36,567 nt of DNA from a virus (lineage: Duplodnaviria > Caudoviricetes), in the IMG/VR virus record IMGVR_UViG_3300031159_000045, positions 1 to 36,567 of that record; one strand, 5' to 3'. Shown here in pieces: positions 1 through 8,428 of this stretch. Positions within the stretch are counted from its first letter, which is position 1; the number at the start of each line of letters is the position of its first letter. The translations under genes and the position numbers were made by a program. The notes under the pieces were generated by a model. The model did no database searches. It was not told where the DNA came from and worked only from the letters and a program-made list of their open reading frames with translations.

Positions 1-79
1 CAGATTTTTTATGCGATTCAAGAACGAATGCTTTTCTAAAAAATGCAGCAATATCAAGGGTTTTCGGGTTCAAATACAT

Positions 80-112
80 AAAAAAATCGAGCCCCGTCTC
101 GCGACGAGGCCC
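80..112 (-). terminator. Intrinsic terminator downstream of the integrase
   Basis: Minus strand GGGCCTCGTC-GCGA-GACGGGGCTC followed by GA and a T run. Confidence 0.6.
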
Positions 113-250
113 TCATGGGAGAGGAGGGATTTTTCTTTTGGTCATGTTTTGCGATCTTTTGAATAAATTTATTTTATTAGATTTTTGCCTCCGTGCTCTT
201 GTTTTTATTAATGTGTAGTGAGGTTGTTTTGTGTTCTGTTTTAAAAATAT

Positions 251-292
251 TGTGATCAATCTGTGATCAACTCGTAGGCAAACTGTGATCAG
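251..292 (+). repeat. Three TGTGATCA(A/G) direct repeats, putative integrase arm-type sites of an att region
   Basis: Copies at 251-259, 262-270 and 284-292, at the 3' end of int; function is inferred. Confidence 0.55.
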
Positions 293-1493
293 TTTTAGAG
301 TCATTCTCTTTTTTTTGAATCGCCAAAATATCGTCAAAAGTTGCTGCCGCTTCCCGTTCAACCGACTTGAATATGTGTCCATAAATCTGGAGCATCTTTT
401 CGTTCTTGTGACCAACCCGCCGTGCGATGGCCTCCGAATGAATTTTTTTGTAGATCAACCAGGATACGGAGGTATGCCGAAGATCATGAAAGCGTATATG
501 CTTCAAATTGTGTCTCTTATGGAATCTGTCCCACCAATGTGTCAAACGCTTTGGATGAACCGGCTTTCCATCGGGGTGGGCGAATAAGAACTGCCTTCCT
601 TCCCATAACTCGATACCTTCCTGATTTTTCTGCTGCTCATCTTTGTAGGCTTTCAATTCCTCGACGAACATTTCAGGAATCGAGATTCTCCGGACCGAGT
701 TTTTGCTCTTCGGCCTTTTGATTACAGGCTTACCGTCAATGTTCATTGTGATCGCTTGCTTCACATGGATAATTCCTTTCTCTAAATCAACGTTCGGCCA
801 TTCGAGACCGGCGATCTCACTGCGGCGCATTCCGCCAATGACGGCGAGCAGAACCATGATCCGGATATGAGGTGGCTCATTTTCCAGCGCCACGATCAAC
901 TCTTTAATTTCCTTCTCGTCATAAACTTTCATTTCCTGAACGTCGTCTTCTTTCGGTTTTCGAACGCCATCCATTGGATTTTCTTTGATGTACTTCTCAT
1001 CCATCGCAAACCGAAAAATACTCTTCAGCACGCGGTAATTAAAGACGATCGTGGCGGATTTGAGCGGTCCTTCGCCGCGTTTTCTGGCTTCCGGGGATCG
1101 AAGGTAAACCAGAAAATCGCTGAGATGCCTTGTGTTTATTTCATCAAGCCACTTTCTTTCGAAATAAGGCAGAATGCGTCGCTTCAGCTGGAAGCGATAA
1201 TTCTCCTTCGTTTTCTCTTCAAGATTAACGTCGACATGCTTCCGAAGCCATTCTTCGGTAAGCTGCTTGAAGCTGATTCGGGCCTCCGGTTTGCTCGCTC
1301 CTAATTCATACTCCATTTTGAATTTGGCAATTTCATCCCTGAGATGCTCTTCCAGGCGCTTTGGTGCCCGCAGAATGGCCGGATCGGTAACGCGGATTGT
1401 TTTGGTCGGTTGAATGCGATTGCCTAACGCATCGAATCCATAATTAAGAACAAGTTGCCAAGAATTTTTTCCGCGTTTTCTATAACTCGCCAT
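267..1493 (-). CDS. int: Tyrosine integrase
   Basis: N-terminal arm-binding-like MASYRKRGKNSWQL; catalytic motifs GMRRSEI, K(PKS), HDLRH, RVGH, IYGH; ATG at 1493 with SD AGGAGT. Confidence 0.95.
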   Translation of the reverse strand: MASYRKRGKNSWQLVLNYGFDALGNRIQPTKTIRVTDPAILRAPKRLEEHLRDEIAKFKMEYELGASKPEARISFKQLTEEWLRKHVDVNLEEKTKENYRFQLKRRILPYFERKWLDEINTRHLSDFLVYLRSPEARKRGEGPLKSATIVFNYRVLKSIFRFAMDEKYIKENPMDGVRKPKEDDVQEMKVYDEKEIKELIVALENEPPHIRIMVLLAVIGGMRRSEIAGLEWPNVDLEKGIIHVKQAITMNIDGKPVIKRPKSKNSVRRISIPEMFVEELKAYKDEQQKNQEGIELWEGRQFLFAHPDGKPVHPKRLTHWWDRFHKRHNLKHIRFHDLRHTSVSWLIYKKIHSEAIARRVGHKNEKMLQIYGHIFKSVEREAAATFDDILAIQKKENDSKTDHSLPTS

Positions 1494-1671
1494 GATGTTC
1501 ACTCCTAATGCGAAACTCAAAGGCATGCTTGAAATAATGCATGCCGTCGATTACGATGTCCCGCAAAGTGTGCCGCTGAATTAGGCCGGTGCAGATGAGT
1601 TCGCCATCCATCCAGACCTCTATGGGAAGGTTGTGAAGGAAGGCGTGGTTAATTATTGCGGATTTTCTCAT
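1480..1671 (-). CDS. Small hypothetical protein (63 aa)
   Basis: ORF overlapping both neighbours in the repressor-to-int operon. Confidence 0.55.
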   Translation of the reverse strand: MRKSAIINHAFLHNLPIEVWMDGELICTGLIQRHTLRDIVIDGMHYFKHAFEFRIRSEHHGEL

Positions 1672-1873
1672 ATAATTGATGAATTTCCGACTCAGTTTTT
1701 CTTTTCACATCCTGCATCGTAATGTTTAAACCAATAATAGTAAGACCTATAAATATGGATGTAAGCAACAATGAAAAGTAGCCCGAAAAAAGAAAAGCCG
1801 TATATCCAAATGATATAAATCCAGTAATCAGGCATAATCCAAAGACATATTGCCAAAATTTATTCTCTTTCAT
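1649..1873 (-). CDS. Small two-TM membrane protein
   Basis: Two hydrophobic segments and a charged tail; AT-rich; start may instead be GTG at 1891. Confidence 0.6.
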   Translation of the reverse strand: MKENKFWQYVFGLCLITGFISFGYTAFLFSGYFSLLLTSIFIGLTIIGLNITMQDVKRKTESEIHQLYEKIRNN

Positions 1874-1920
1874 AATGCGAGGTGATCCCACCTTTATTTT
1901 TTGGGAAATACGAAATATAT

Positions 1921-2715
1921 TTACAATATTCCGTCAATTTTAATCAGCTCTCCTTCACATTCCTCGCAAAAACGGTCCCATATGATCCGTTCAGTATGTA
2001 TAAGTCCACATTTGCTGCAAATATAAATGATCTCGCTGGTAGCCGCTATTTCTTCATAAGATTCCCACGTTTCAAACTGTCGCTCCTTCGGCCAACCAGT
2101 GACTTCTATATGTTGTAGTTTTGGCCATTTATCTAGGCGGATGTTCTGGATTAACGAATTTCGTATTGATTTCTCAAGTCCTTTTATCCTCTTAATGGCC
2201 GGTGTCAAATTGACTTGGCATTTCTCAGCTAGTTGTTCGGGTAGCAGATCCGTTAGATTTTGAAAAACGTAATTAGGCATCAATAGACGGGAAGCAAACC
2301 AATGGGCTTCAACTTCCATTATTCCTGCTACTTCCTCAGGAACCCGGTACATTTGATCTTCACTATTCAGAAGAAAATTACCATGAAGAAGAATATGACC
2401 AAGTTCATGAGCCAAAGTGAAATATTGGCGCCTTCGAAGTGTTTCTTCATCATACGCCGAATTACCATGAGTAGATAGGAAAACGACAAATTTATTACCA
2501 TTCCGGCGTGGGACTTTAACCATGAAACCGTCAACATTTTCAATTTCTTCATAACAAATACGCCAACCGCGGCGCTGGAAAAAATCGTGTAGAGGAATTG
2601 GTGGTTGCGGGAATCCAAGTTCTTTAAGAACTGAATTGGCTGCAACTTGCGCTAATTTGAATCGAGGGGTTCGAATGTTTGGGGCACGAAGAAGAGCCGC
2701 TTCAGTTCTGCTCAA
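1921..2715 (-). CDS. ImmA/IrrE-family metallopeptidase (anti-repressor) with C-terminal CxxC...CxxC
   Basis: FTLAHELGH zincin motif and E-VEAHWFASRLLMP signature; adjacent to the XRE repressor. Confidence 0.9.
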   Translation of the reverse strand: MSRTEAALLRAPNIRTPRFKLAQVAANSVLKELGFPQPPIPLHDFFQRRGWRICYEEIENVDGFMVKVPRRNGNKFVVFLSTHGNSAYDEETLRRRQYFTLAHELGHILLHGNFLLNSEDQMYRVPEEVAGIMEVEAHWFASRLLMPNYVFQNLTDLLPEQLAEKCQVNLTPAIKRIKGLEKSIRNSLIQNIRLDKWPKLQHIEVTGWPKERQFETWESYEEIAATSEIIYICSKCGLIHTERIIWDRFCEECEGELIKIDGIL

Positions 2716-2728
2716 TGAACTTCACCTT

Positions 2729-3079
2729 CTAGTTGTCGTCTTCATCCTCGAACATTTCTTTTGCTTTTTTGGCCAGTTCCATCATTTTTTCGAATGCCTT
2801 CGGAGAGAGGTCTTTCTTGGCTCGCATAATAAACTGAACTTCAGGTTCTTTAAGTAAACTGTCCGTATTCTGGTTTACCTCATAGCCCTTTCGTCCCATA
2901 AGGTAATCAATGGAGACCTCAAATAAGTCCGCTAATTTCTCGGCTGTTTCCAAATCAGGCTCTCTTTTGCCACTTTCCCAGTTAGCATATGTTGATCGAG
3001 CAACACCGATTTTGTTAGCCACATCCTCTTGTGTCCAATTACGCTTGAGTCGTTCTCTCTCCAAATTAACGAGTCGCAT
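2729..3079 (-). CDS. XRE-family HTH repressor (ImmR/CI-like)
   Basis: TQEDVANKIGVARSTYANWESGKREP helix-turn-helix; ATG at 3079 with SD GAGGAGG. Confidence 0.9.
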   Translation of the reverse strand: MRLVNLERERLKRNWTQEDVANKIGVARSTYANWESGKREPDLETAEKLADLFEVSIDYLMGRKGYEVNQNTDSLLKEPEVQFIMRAKKDLSPKAFEKMMELAKKAKEMFEDEDDN

Positions 3080-3105
3080 GGGACCCCTCCTCGTCTCCAT
3101 TATAA

Positions 3106-3453
3106 CGTTGCAATATGAAACAAAAAATTAATTCTCCAAAAAGAAACAAATTGCATTGACATGTTTCGTTACGAAACATATAATCAAACTGCAGGATGTT
3201 GCGAAGTGAAACGTAGGAGGTGTTTATGGATGGCAGAAAAACTTGACTGGCTTGTAAAATTGAGAGGGGAGTTGACGCAAGAAGAAGCTGCCGAAAAATG
3301 CGGGATACGCCGCAGCACATACGCAAACATTGAAAGCGGGAACCGCTCTCCTGGGATCGATAAGGCTAAAAAAATCGCCATCGGTCTTGATTTCGAGAAA
3401 CACGGGTTGGATTGGACGATTTTTTTTGACCAAAAGCGTTTCGAAACGAAACA
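3106..3453. promoter_or_regulatory. Four 17-bp operator-like sites, consensus YGTTKCR-N3-YGAAACR
   Basis: 3106-3122 CGTTGCAATATGAAACA; 3162-3178 TGTTTCGTTACGAAACA; 3197-3213 TGTTGCGAAGTGAAACG; 3437-3453 CGTTTCGAAACGAAACA. Confidence 0.8.
3156..3184 (+). promoter_or_regulatory. Consensus SigA early lytic promoter
   Basis: TTGACA (3156-3161), 17-bp spacer, TATAAT (3179-3184); the spacer is an inverted repeat. Confidence 0.9.
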
Positions 3454-3472
3454 TTTAAAGGAGGTGATTTAA
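3230..3472 (+). CDS. Cro-like XRE HTH protein
   Basis: TQEEAAEKCGIRRSTYANIESGNRSP; divergent from the repressor; SD AGGAGGT. Confidence 0.88.
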   Translation: MAEKLDWLVKLRGELTQEEAAEKCGIRRSTYANIESGNRSPGIDKAKKIAIGLDFEKHGLDWTIFFDQKRFETKHLKEVI

Positions 3473-3700
3473 CTGGAACCAAACGACATCGAGCGAGCGC
3501 TCGACGAAATCGCAGTAGCAAGCGCAGATTATCACGTTGCCGAATCGCCGCAACGGCTGCTTGAACTCAGCCAAATGGCAGCTGGGTTCGTGAAAGTGGC
3601 GGTTGAGGTGAAAGCTGTTACTCCGTCAGAAATGAGGTTGACGAAGGCATTATTCGATCAGGCTGTCGACAAATGGCTTCGCTCTTGGGAAGCGAGATAG
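3473..3700 (+). CDS. Hypothetical 75-aa protein with a probable CTG start (absent from the ORF track)
   Basis: SD AAGGAGGTGA at 3458-3467 followed by CTG; open frame EPNDIERALDEIAVASADY...LRSWEAR* fills the gap exactly. Confidence 0.65.
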   Translation: MEPNDIERALDEIAVASADYHVAESPQRLLELSQMAAGFVKVAVEVKAVTPSEMRLTKALFDQAVDKWLRSWEAR

Positions 3701-3710
3701 GAGGATGGGC

Positions 3711-3941
3711 ATGGAAAATCGCATGACGGTCAAAGAAGCGGCACCATTCCTTAAAATTTCGGAATGGCTCCTGTACGACATGGTCCGCAAAAAGCAAATC
3801 CCGCATTTCAAAATCCGCTCCAAGATTTTCTTCCGGCGCGAAGCGCTTGAAGCTTGGATGCTCGAACAAGAAGCGGCCTCCGCGCTACCGGCCGTGATGC
3901 CATTCGGTAAGGCCGACGAGCCTCGATATGGCAGCCATTAA
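3711..3941 (+). CDS. Excisionase-like HTH_17 protein
   Basis: MTVKEAAPFLKISEWLLYDMVRKKQIPHFKIRSKIFF pattern; SD AGGAGG. Confidence 0.85.
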   Translation: MENRMTVKEAAPFLKISEWLLYDMVRKKQIPHFKIRSKIFFRREALEAWMLEQEAASALPAVMPFGKADEPRYGSH

Positions 3942-4092
3942 ACGGGGAATACCCGCCGTGAGGGGATATCGGACGGCGGGCTGAGCGGGGAACGAGAAGA
4001 TCGATCTGATGTACCCATCATACTCACTGGGGGCCGAACATGATAGATGGGTTTCCGTGCTGATTCAGAACAGGAGGGTGGTGAGGAAACGT

Positions 4093-4452
4093 TTGAAGCC
4101 GGAACAAAGCGTTAGGGAAATGCTGAGGGCCTGCAGGGAGCGCGCTGGTCTGACTCAGCAGGAGTTGGCCGCCAAACTCCACATCGACCGGTCCACGGTC
4201 GCGAAGATCGAAACGGGAATCATCAAGGATCCAGGATTCACCCTGGTTAAGCAATGGTGCGATGCAACGAACAGCATGGACTTGATGCACCTGGAATTCA
4301 CGGGCGCCGGCCGGGACGGATGGAAGAAACTGCTGAGCCTGGAGGCGCTGGTGAGGAACATGAAGTCGATCACGGAAAGTATCCATCTTAGAAGGAAGGG
4401 GAGTCGAAATGCCGTTAACGCAAAGCTTGGACGCCTACGCCGGCGGGTATGA
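4093..4452 (+). CDS. XRE-family HTH protein
   Basis: RERAGLTQQELAAKLHIDRSTVAKIETG; start uncertain (4078-4120). Confidence 0.8.
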   Translation: MKPEQSVREMLRACRERAGLTQQELAAKLHIDRSTVAKIETGIIKDPGFTLVKQWCDATNSMDLMHLEFTGAGRDGWKKLLSLEALVRNMKSITESIHLRRKGSRNAVNAKLGRLRRRV

Positions 4453-4612
4453 CCCAGAACGATACCGGAGCAAGCAACCGTTCTGCGGCCCCCGTTGCGA
4501 CTGCTGCGGGCTTCCGCTCCGTAGTGAGAAATTCCGGTACGGTGGCCAGGATTATTGCCTCTCGTGCGTGTTGGAAGAGGCCGAAATCGAACGGATTGGG
4601 GTGGAATATTGA
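4409..4612 (+). CDS. Small Cys-rich (zinc-finger-like) protein
   Basis: CDCC...CLSC; SD AAGGGGAG. Confidence 0.65.
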   Translation: MPLTQSLDAYAGGYDPERYRSKQPFCGPRCDCCGLPLRSEKFRYGGQDYCLSCVLEEAEIERIGVEY

Positions 4613-4911
4613 TGCCAAAAGCGAAGAAGCTGACCGAAGAGCAGCTTCGCAAGCAGCGGGAACAGCGCCGGAAAGAATTGATCTACGTGCGGGACTGGCT
4701 GCATAGTCACCCGCATCGTGTAGACCCGGATATCCGGCCGGCGGCCATCGATTACCTGAACGGATGCATAGCGGAGCTTGAACGGATGGACAAGCCCGAA
4801 CAAATGAAAAGCACCCGTCTGGCGGGACGGGTGCGATTGAGAGACCGGATAAGGACTCTGGTTGCTGTCATTTTAACACAGCATATCGTCGCAAGGGAAG
4901 TGGGCAAATGA
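4612..4911 (+). CDS. Hypothetical protein
   Basis: TGATG coupling to the upstream gene; begins MPKAKK. Confidence 0.6.
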   Translation: MPKAKKLTEEQLRKQREQRRKELIYVRDWLHSHPHRVDPDIRPAAIDYLNGCIAELERMDKPEQMKSTRLAGRVRLRDRIRTLVAVILTQHIVAREVGK

Positions 4912-5105
4912 GAAAATCCGCTTCCGAAAAAGCAGTGCGGCGGTTGGCTTCGGAGATAGGTGCCACAATCAAACGCGATAATGCGAATCGAATGTTGACC
5001 GTTCGACTGAACGATAAGGTGCAGCGGTTTTGGCAGGGGAGCTGGACGGAAGTGGAGATCTGGCTCCGCAAGCAGATACCGCAGTCTCAGAAACGAAAGG
5101 TTTGA
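4908..5105 (+). CDS. Hypothetical basic protein
   Basis: ATGA overlap with the upstream stop. Confidence 0.6.
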   Translation: MRKSASEKAVRRLASEIGATIKRDNANRMLTVRLNDKVQRFWQGSWTEVEIWLRKQIPQSQKRKV

Positions 5106-5114
5106 ACCTGTCCC

Positions 5115-5312
5115 GTGAGCGGATAAGCTGCGGCTTGTCCCCTCACAGATGGGCTCAAGCTCATCCAAGGTGGTGGCGGAAGAGAGACGCAAACCTGCCG
5201 GGTCTTTGGCCGTGGGACAACCACATGATTGCCGTTGAGTCACGATTGCAGCCGAGTGCTGTTGCCCGGAGGAAAACGGAGTCCATGGAAGAATGGCCCA
5301 TGGCCACCTTGA
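5115..5312 (+). ncRNA. Putative structured RNA with a tRNA-like acceptor stem and D-arm
   Basis: Two hairpins, then CAAGGTGG (5166-5173) pairing with CCACCTTG (5304-5311); no canonical T-loop. Confidence 0.4.
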
Positions 5313-5337
5313 ACTACATACGAAAGGCGGTGATGGA

Positions 5338-5622
5338 TTGGAAAAGGCTACGAAAGAGCTTTCGGGGTTGGAAACGTTGCTCGCTGAGACTTTCGACAGA
5401 GCCGAGGAATTGATCGAAGACGGCGGCAGCGCGGCGGAATTCTTAGTGGCGCTCGCGAAATTCATGGGGCATTTCTACAATCGTCATTTTCCGGCGAATT
5501 TGCACGGATACTTGACGACCAACTTCGGAAACCAGGTAAACGTGTTTTCGCGGGAGTTGAGGAAGGTGTACCCGTATTCCAACGAATTGCATTTGGTTTT
5601 GATCCACAGCAACGAAAAATGA
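5338..5622 (+). CDS. Hypothetical protein
   Basis: TTG at 5338 after SD AAAGGCGGTGA; the ORF track starts it at 5293. Confidence 0.6.
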   Translation: MEKATKELSGLETLLAETFDRAEELIEDGGSAAEFLVALAKFMGHFYNRHFPANLHGYLTTNFGNQVNVFSRELRKVYPYSNELHLVLIHSNEK

Positions 5623-5710
5623 CCCGCGGCAACGGGTCATCGGCATTAATCCTATGCCGCCATCTTAGCACGGTGGCGGCCTGAAATTCAAGAGGGACGG
5701 TGAATCATCG

Positions 5711-6655
5711 ATGGCAATGAGCGTGGCAGCCGTCACAAAGGGCCTTGATCGGGATGCCTGGCTGAAACTCCGCAAGCGCGGGATCGGCGGTTCCGACGCG
5801 GCCGCTGTTGCCGGCATGAACCCCTACAAATCGGCGGTGGCAGTGTTCCTGGAAAAGACGGGCCAGATGGAGCCGGAAGAGGCTGGAGAGGCCGCATATT
5901 GGGGGAACGTCCTCGAGGACGTTGTGGCGAAGGAGTTTGCGCTTCGAACCGGTTTGAAAGTTCAGCGGACCAACAAAATGTACCGGCATCCAGAGCATCA
6001 CTTCATGATCGGTAACGTCGACCGACTGGTGACGGACGGTAATAAGCGTCGAGGCATCCTGGAAGTGAAAACGGCGAGCGCCTACAAAGCGGGCGACTGG
6101 GAAGATGGTCGGATCCCTGACAATTATGCGATCCAGCTTCAGCATTACATGGCCGTCCTTGGCCTTGATTACGGCCACTTCGCGGTGCTGATTGGCGGTA
6201 ACCGGTTCGAGCATCGGTACGTGGAACGCGATGAGCGCATTGTAAAGTACCTGATCGAAATCGAAAAGCACTTCTGGAATGAGCATGTTCTGAAAAGAAT
6301 CCCGCCGATGATCGACGGCAGCAAGGCTTCGACGGACCTACTGAGTTACCTTTACCCGACCAGCAAACCGGACAGCATCGTGGCGTTGCCTCCTGATATG
6401 GCCGATCGAGTGAAGGAACTCCGGGAAGCTCAGGAGGCGGCGAAGGCAGCCGAAGCCCGGCTCGAGGCAGCCAAGAACTTTATCAAGGCGGCTGCCGGCG
6501 ACGCAGAAACGATCCTGTTCAACGGCGAGAAGGTCGCGACCTGGAAGTCGAACGAAACGACGTCGCTCGATACGAAACGCCTTAAGGCCGAGAGGCCGGA
6601 AATCTACGAGGAATTCGCTAAGACCACCACGGTCCGGCGGTTCCTGATTAAGTGA
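5711..6655 (+). CDS. YqaJ-like viral recombinase exonuclease
   Basis: WLKLRKRGIGGSDAA, GNVD, LEVKT, QLQHYM motifs. Confidence 0.93.
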   Translation: MAMSVAAVTKGLDRDAWLKLRKRGIGGSDAAAVAGMNPYKSAVAVFLEKTGQMEPEEAGEAAYWGNVLEDVVAKEFALRTGLKVQRTNKMYRHPEHHFMIGNVDRLVTDGNKRRGILEVKTASAYKAGDWEDGRIPDNYAIQLQHYMAVLGLDYGHFAVLIGGNRFEHRYVERDERIVKYLIEIEKHFWNEHVLKRIPPMIDGSKASTDLLSYLYPTSKPDSIVALPPDMADRVKELREAQEAAKAAEARLEAAKNFIKAAAGDAETILFNGEKVATWKSNETTSLDTKRLKAERPEIYEEFAKTTTVRRFLIK

Positions 6656-6668
6656 GGAGGTCCACCTG

Positions 6669-7595
6669 ATGGCAGCAGCAAATACGAGCCGTTCCAATAC
6701 CGAACTGGCGAACAAATTGCAGAACCAAACGCCGGCAAATAACAATAAGCCGGCCCCGACTCCGGCCCAGACGATCGGGGCCTATATGGAAAAAATGAAA
6801 AGCCAGATCGCCGAGGCTCTTCCCAAACATATGAGCATCGACCGCCTGAGCCGTATCGCGCTGACGACGATCCGAACGAACCCGAAGCTATTGGAATGTA
6901 CCGTCCCCTCTCTTATGGCTGCCGTTATGCAAGCCGCCCAACTCGGACTGGAACCGGGGATTCTCGGCCAGTGCTATTTTGTACCCTTCAAGAACAAAAA
7001 GCAGGGCGTCAGCGAGGTCCAATTTGTTTTGGGCTACAAAGGGATGATCGACCTCGCCCGACGCAGCGGGCATATTCAGTCCATCTCCGCACACGTCGTT
7101 TACGAAAACGACAAATTGGAACTCGTTTATGGGCTGGAAGAAAAATTGACTCACATTCCGTGGCACATCCGGACAGATGAAAAAATTTCAGAGTCGGGAG
7201 CAGCCCGCGGCGCGTACATGGTGGCCAAGTTTAAGGATGGCGGTCATTACGTTCTCTACATGCCGATTTCTGAGATTCTGAAGCATCGTGACCGGTCTAG
7301 CGGCTACCAGAACGCCATCCAGTATGGTAGGACGGACAATCCGTGGTTCACGGATCCCGAGGAAATGTACAAAAAAACCGTGATCCGCGCCGGTTGGAAG
7401 TATCTTCCCATTAGTATTGAAGTGGCTGACGCTGTCGACAGAGATGAAACCGTTCGTCGGGATATTAATTCCGGTGGCGAAATCATCGAGATTAACGGAG
7501 CTGCTACGAACGAGGAGGAACCCCAGCACCAACTTGAATCCAGGATTTCCTCTGAGGAGGAAATGGAATTCGAGGCGGCAATGAATGCCGACTGA
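6669..7595 (+). CDS. recT: RecT single-strand annealing recombinase
   Basis: AAQLGLEP, CYFVPF, LGYKGMIDLARRSG, EEMYKKTV, KYLPIS. Confidence 0.95.
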   Translation: MAAANTSRSNTELANKLQNQTPANNNKPAPTPAQTIGAYMEKMKSQIAEALPKHMSIDRLSRIALTTIRTNPKLLECTVPSLMAAVMQAAQLGLEPGILGQCYFVPFKNKKQGVSEVQFVLGYKGMIDLARRSGHIQSISAHVVYENDKLELVYGLEEKLTHIPWHIRTDEKISESGAARGAYMVAKFKDGGHYVLYMPISEILKHRDRSSGYQNAIQYGRTDNPWFTDPEEMYKKTVIRAGWKYLPISIEVADAVDRDETVRRDINSGGEIIEINGAATNEEEPQHQLESRISSEEEMEFEAAMNAD

Positions 7596-7797
7596 GGTTA
7601 AATATCCCGATGAGTACGGAAGGCCGCTTCTCCAATCCATGATCTCAGAACGAATCTGGGCGCTCATGAAGACGGACAAGCAGGCCTTTCAGCAGGAGGT
7701 TAGGAGGTACTTCGCCGTGGCATACCCGGGGTTCACGGTGGTCCGGGCGAAGTATCCGCACATATTTCTGCGGGATGACCGCGATAGGAGGCAATAA
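7585..7797 (+). CDS. Hypothetical protein
   Basis: Overlaps the recT stop; SD GAGG. Confidence 0.6.
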   Translation: MPTEVKYPDEYGRPLLQSMISERIWALMKTDKQAFQQEVRRYFAVAYPGFTVVRAKYPHIFLRDDRDRRQ

Positions 7798-7798
7798 A

Positions 7799-8422
7799 TT
7801 GCTGAATGACGTCACCGTATTCGATTTCGAAACGTCTGGTTTGAACGCTAAAGAAGACCGCGTCATCGAGATGGCCGCGATCCGGGTGATAAACGGCGAG
7901 ATCGTTACCGAATTCGAGACGCTGGTCCGGCTGGAAGACCGCGAACTGCCGCCGAAGATCACCGAACTGACCGGCATCCGGCCGGAGATGCTCGCCGGCG
8001 GGATGGACGAGATGATCGCCTTTAAGATCCTGCGGAACATCATGGGAGACAGCCTACTGGTCGCGCACAACGCGGCCTTTGACCTTCAGTTCCTGCATTG
8101 GGCGATGCAGCGAATCGGCGGAAAGACATTTCGGAATCCATTCATCGATACCCTTACAATCAGCCGCGAACGTCATGTTTACCCCCATAAGCTGTCGGAC
8201 ATGTGCGAACGATACGGAATCGAGCTGCAAGGCGCTCACCGCGCGCTGAACGACGTCAGGGCCACATGGGAACTTCTGATGGCCCTGCACCTTGAAGATA
8301 GCGTGGAACCATACATCAACCGCCTGGGCTATCTGAACAAGTTTGGCCCTCCTCCTTGGTCCCCTGAGCACGCTATCCTCTTTGGAACCGATAACCGCTA
8401 TGAAGAGCGGAACACGGGGTGA
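7799..8422 (+). CDS. DEDDh 3'-5' exonuclease (DnaQ/PolC-exo-like)
   Basis: DFETSG, AHNAAFD, HRALND motifs; TTG start after AGGAGG. Confidence 0.92.
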   Translation: MLNDVTVFDFETSGLNAKEDRVIEMAAIRVINGEIVTEFETLVRLEDRELPPKITELTGIRPEMLAGGMDEMIAFKILRNIMGDSLLVAHNAAFDLQFLHWAMQRIGGKTFRNPFIDTLTISRERHVYPHKLSDMCERYGIELQGAHRALNDVRATWELLMALHLEDSVEPYINRLGYLNKFGPPPWSPEHAILFGTDNRYEERNTG

Positions 8423-8428
8423 ATGACC

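Noticed and set aside
1-266. Exact att core and integration target
   Set aside because: The second att copy lies outside the window and no tRNA or tmRNA 3' end could be recognised with confidence.
113-415. 100-aa minus-strand ORF
   Set aside because: It overlaps the integrase 3' end and AT-rich att-like DNA, with no SD or motif.
1480-3079. Arbitrium or Rap-Phr communication system
   Set aside because: No TPR receptor or signal-peptide pheromone gene; the module is of the ImmA/ImmR type.
5166-5312. Canonical tRNA gene
   Set aside because: No TTCGA T-loop, no 7-nt anticodon loop and no CCA; kept only as a tRNA-like candidate.
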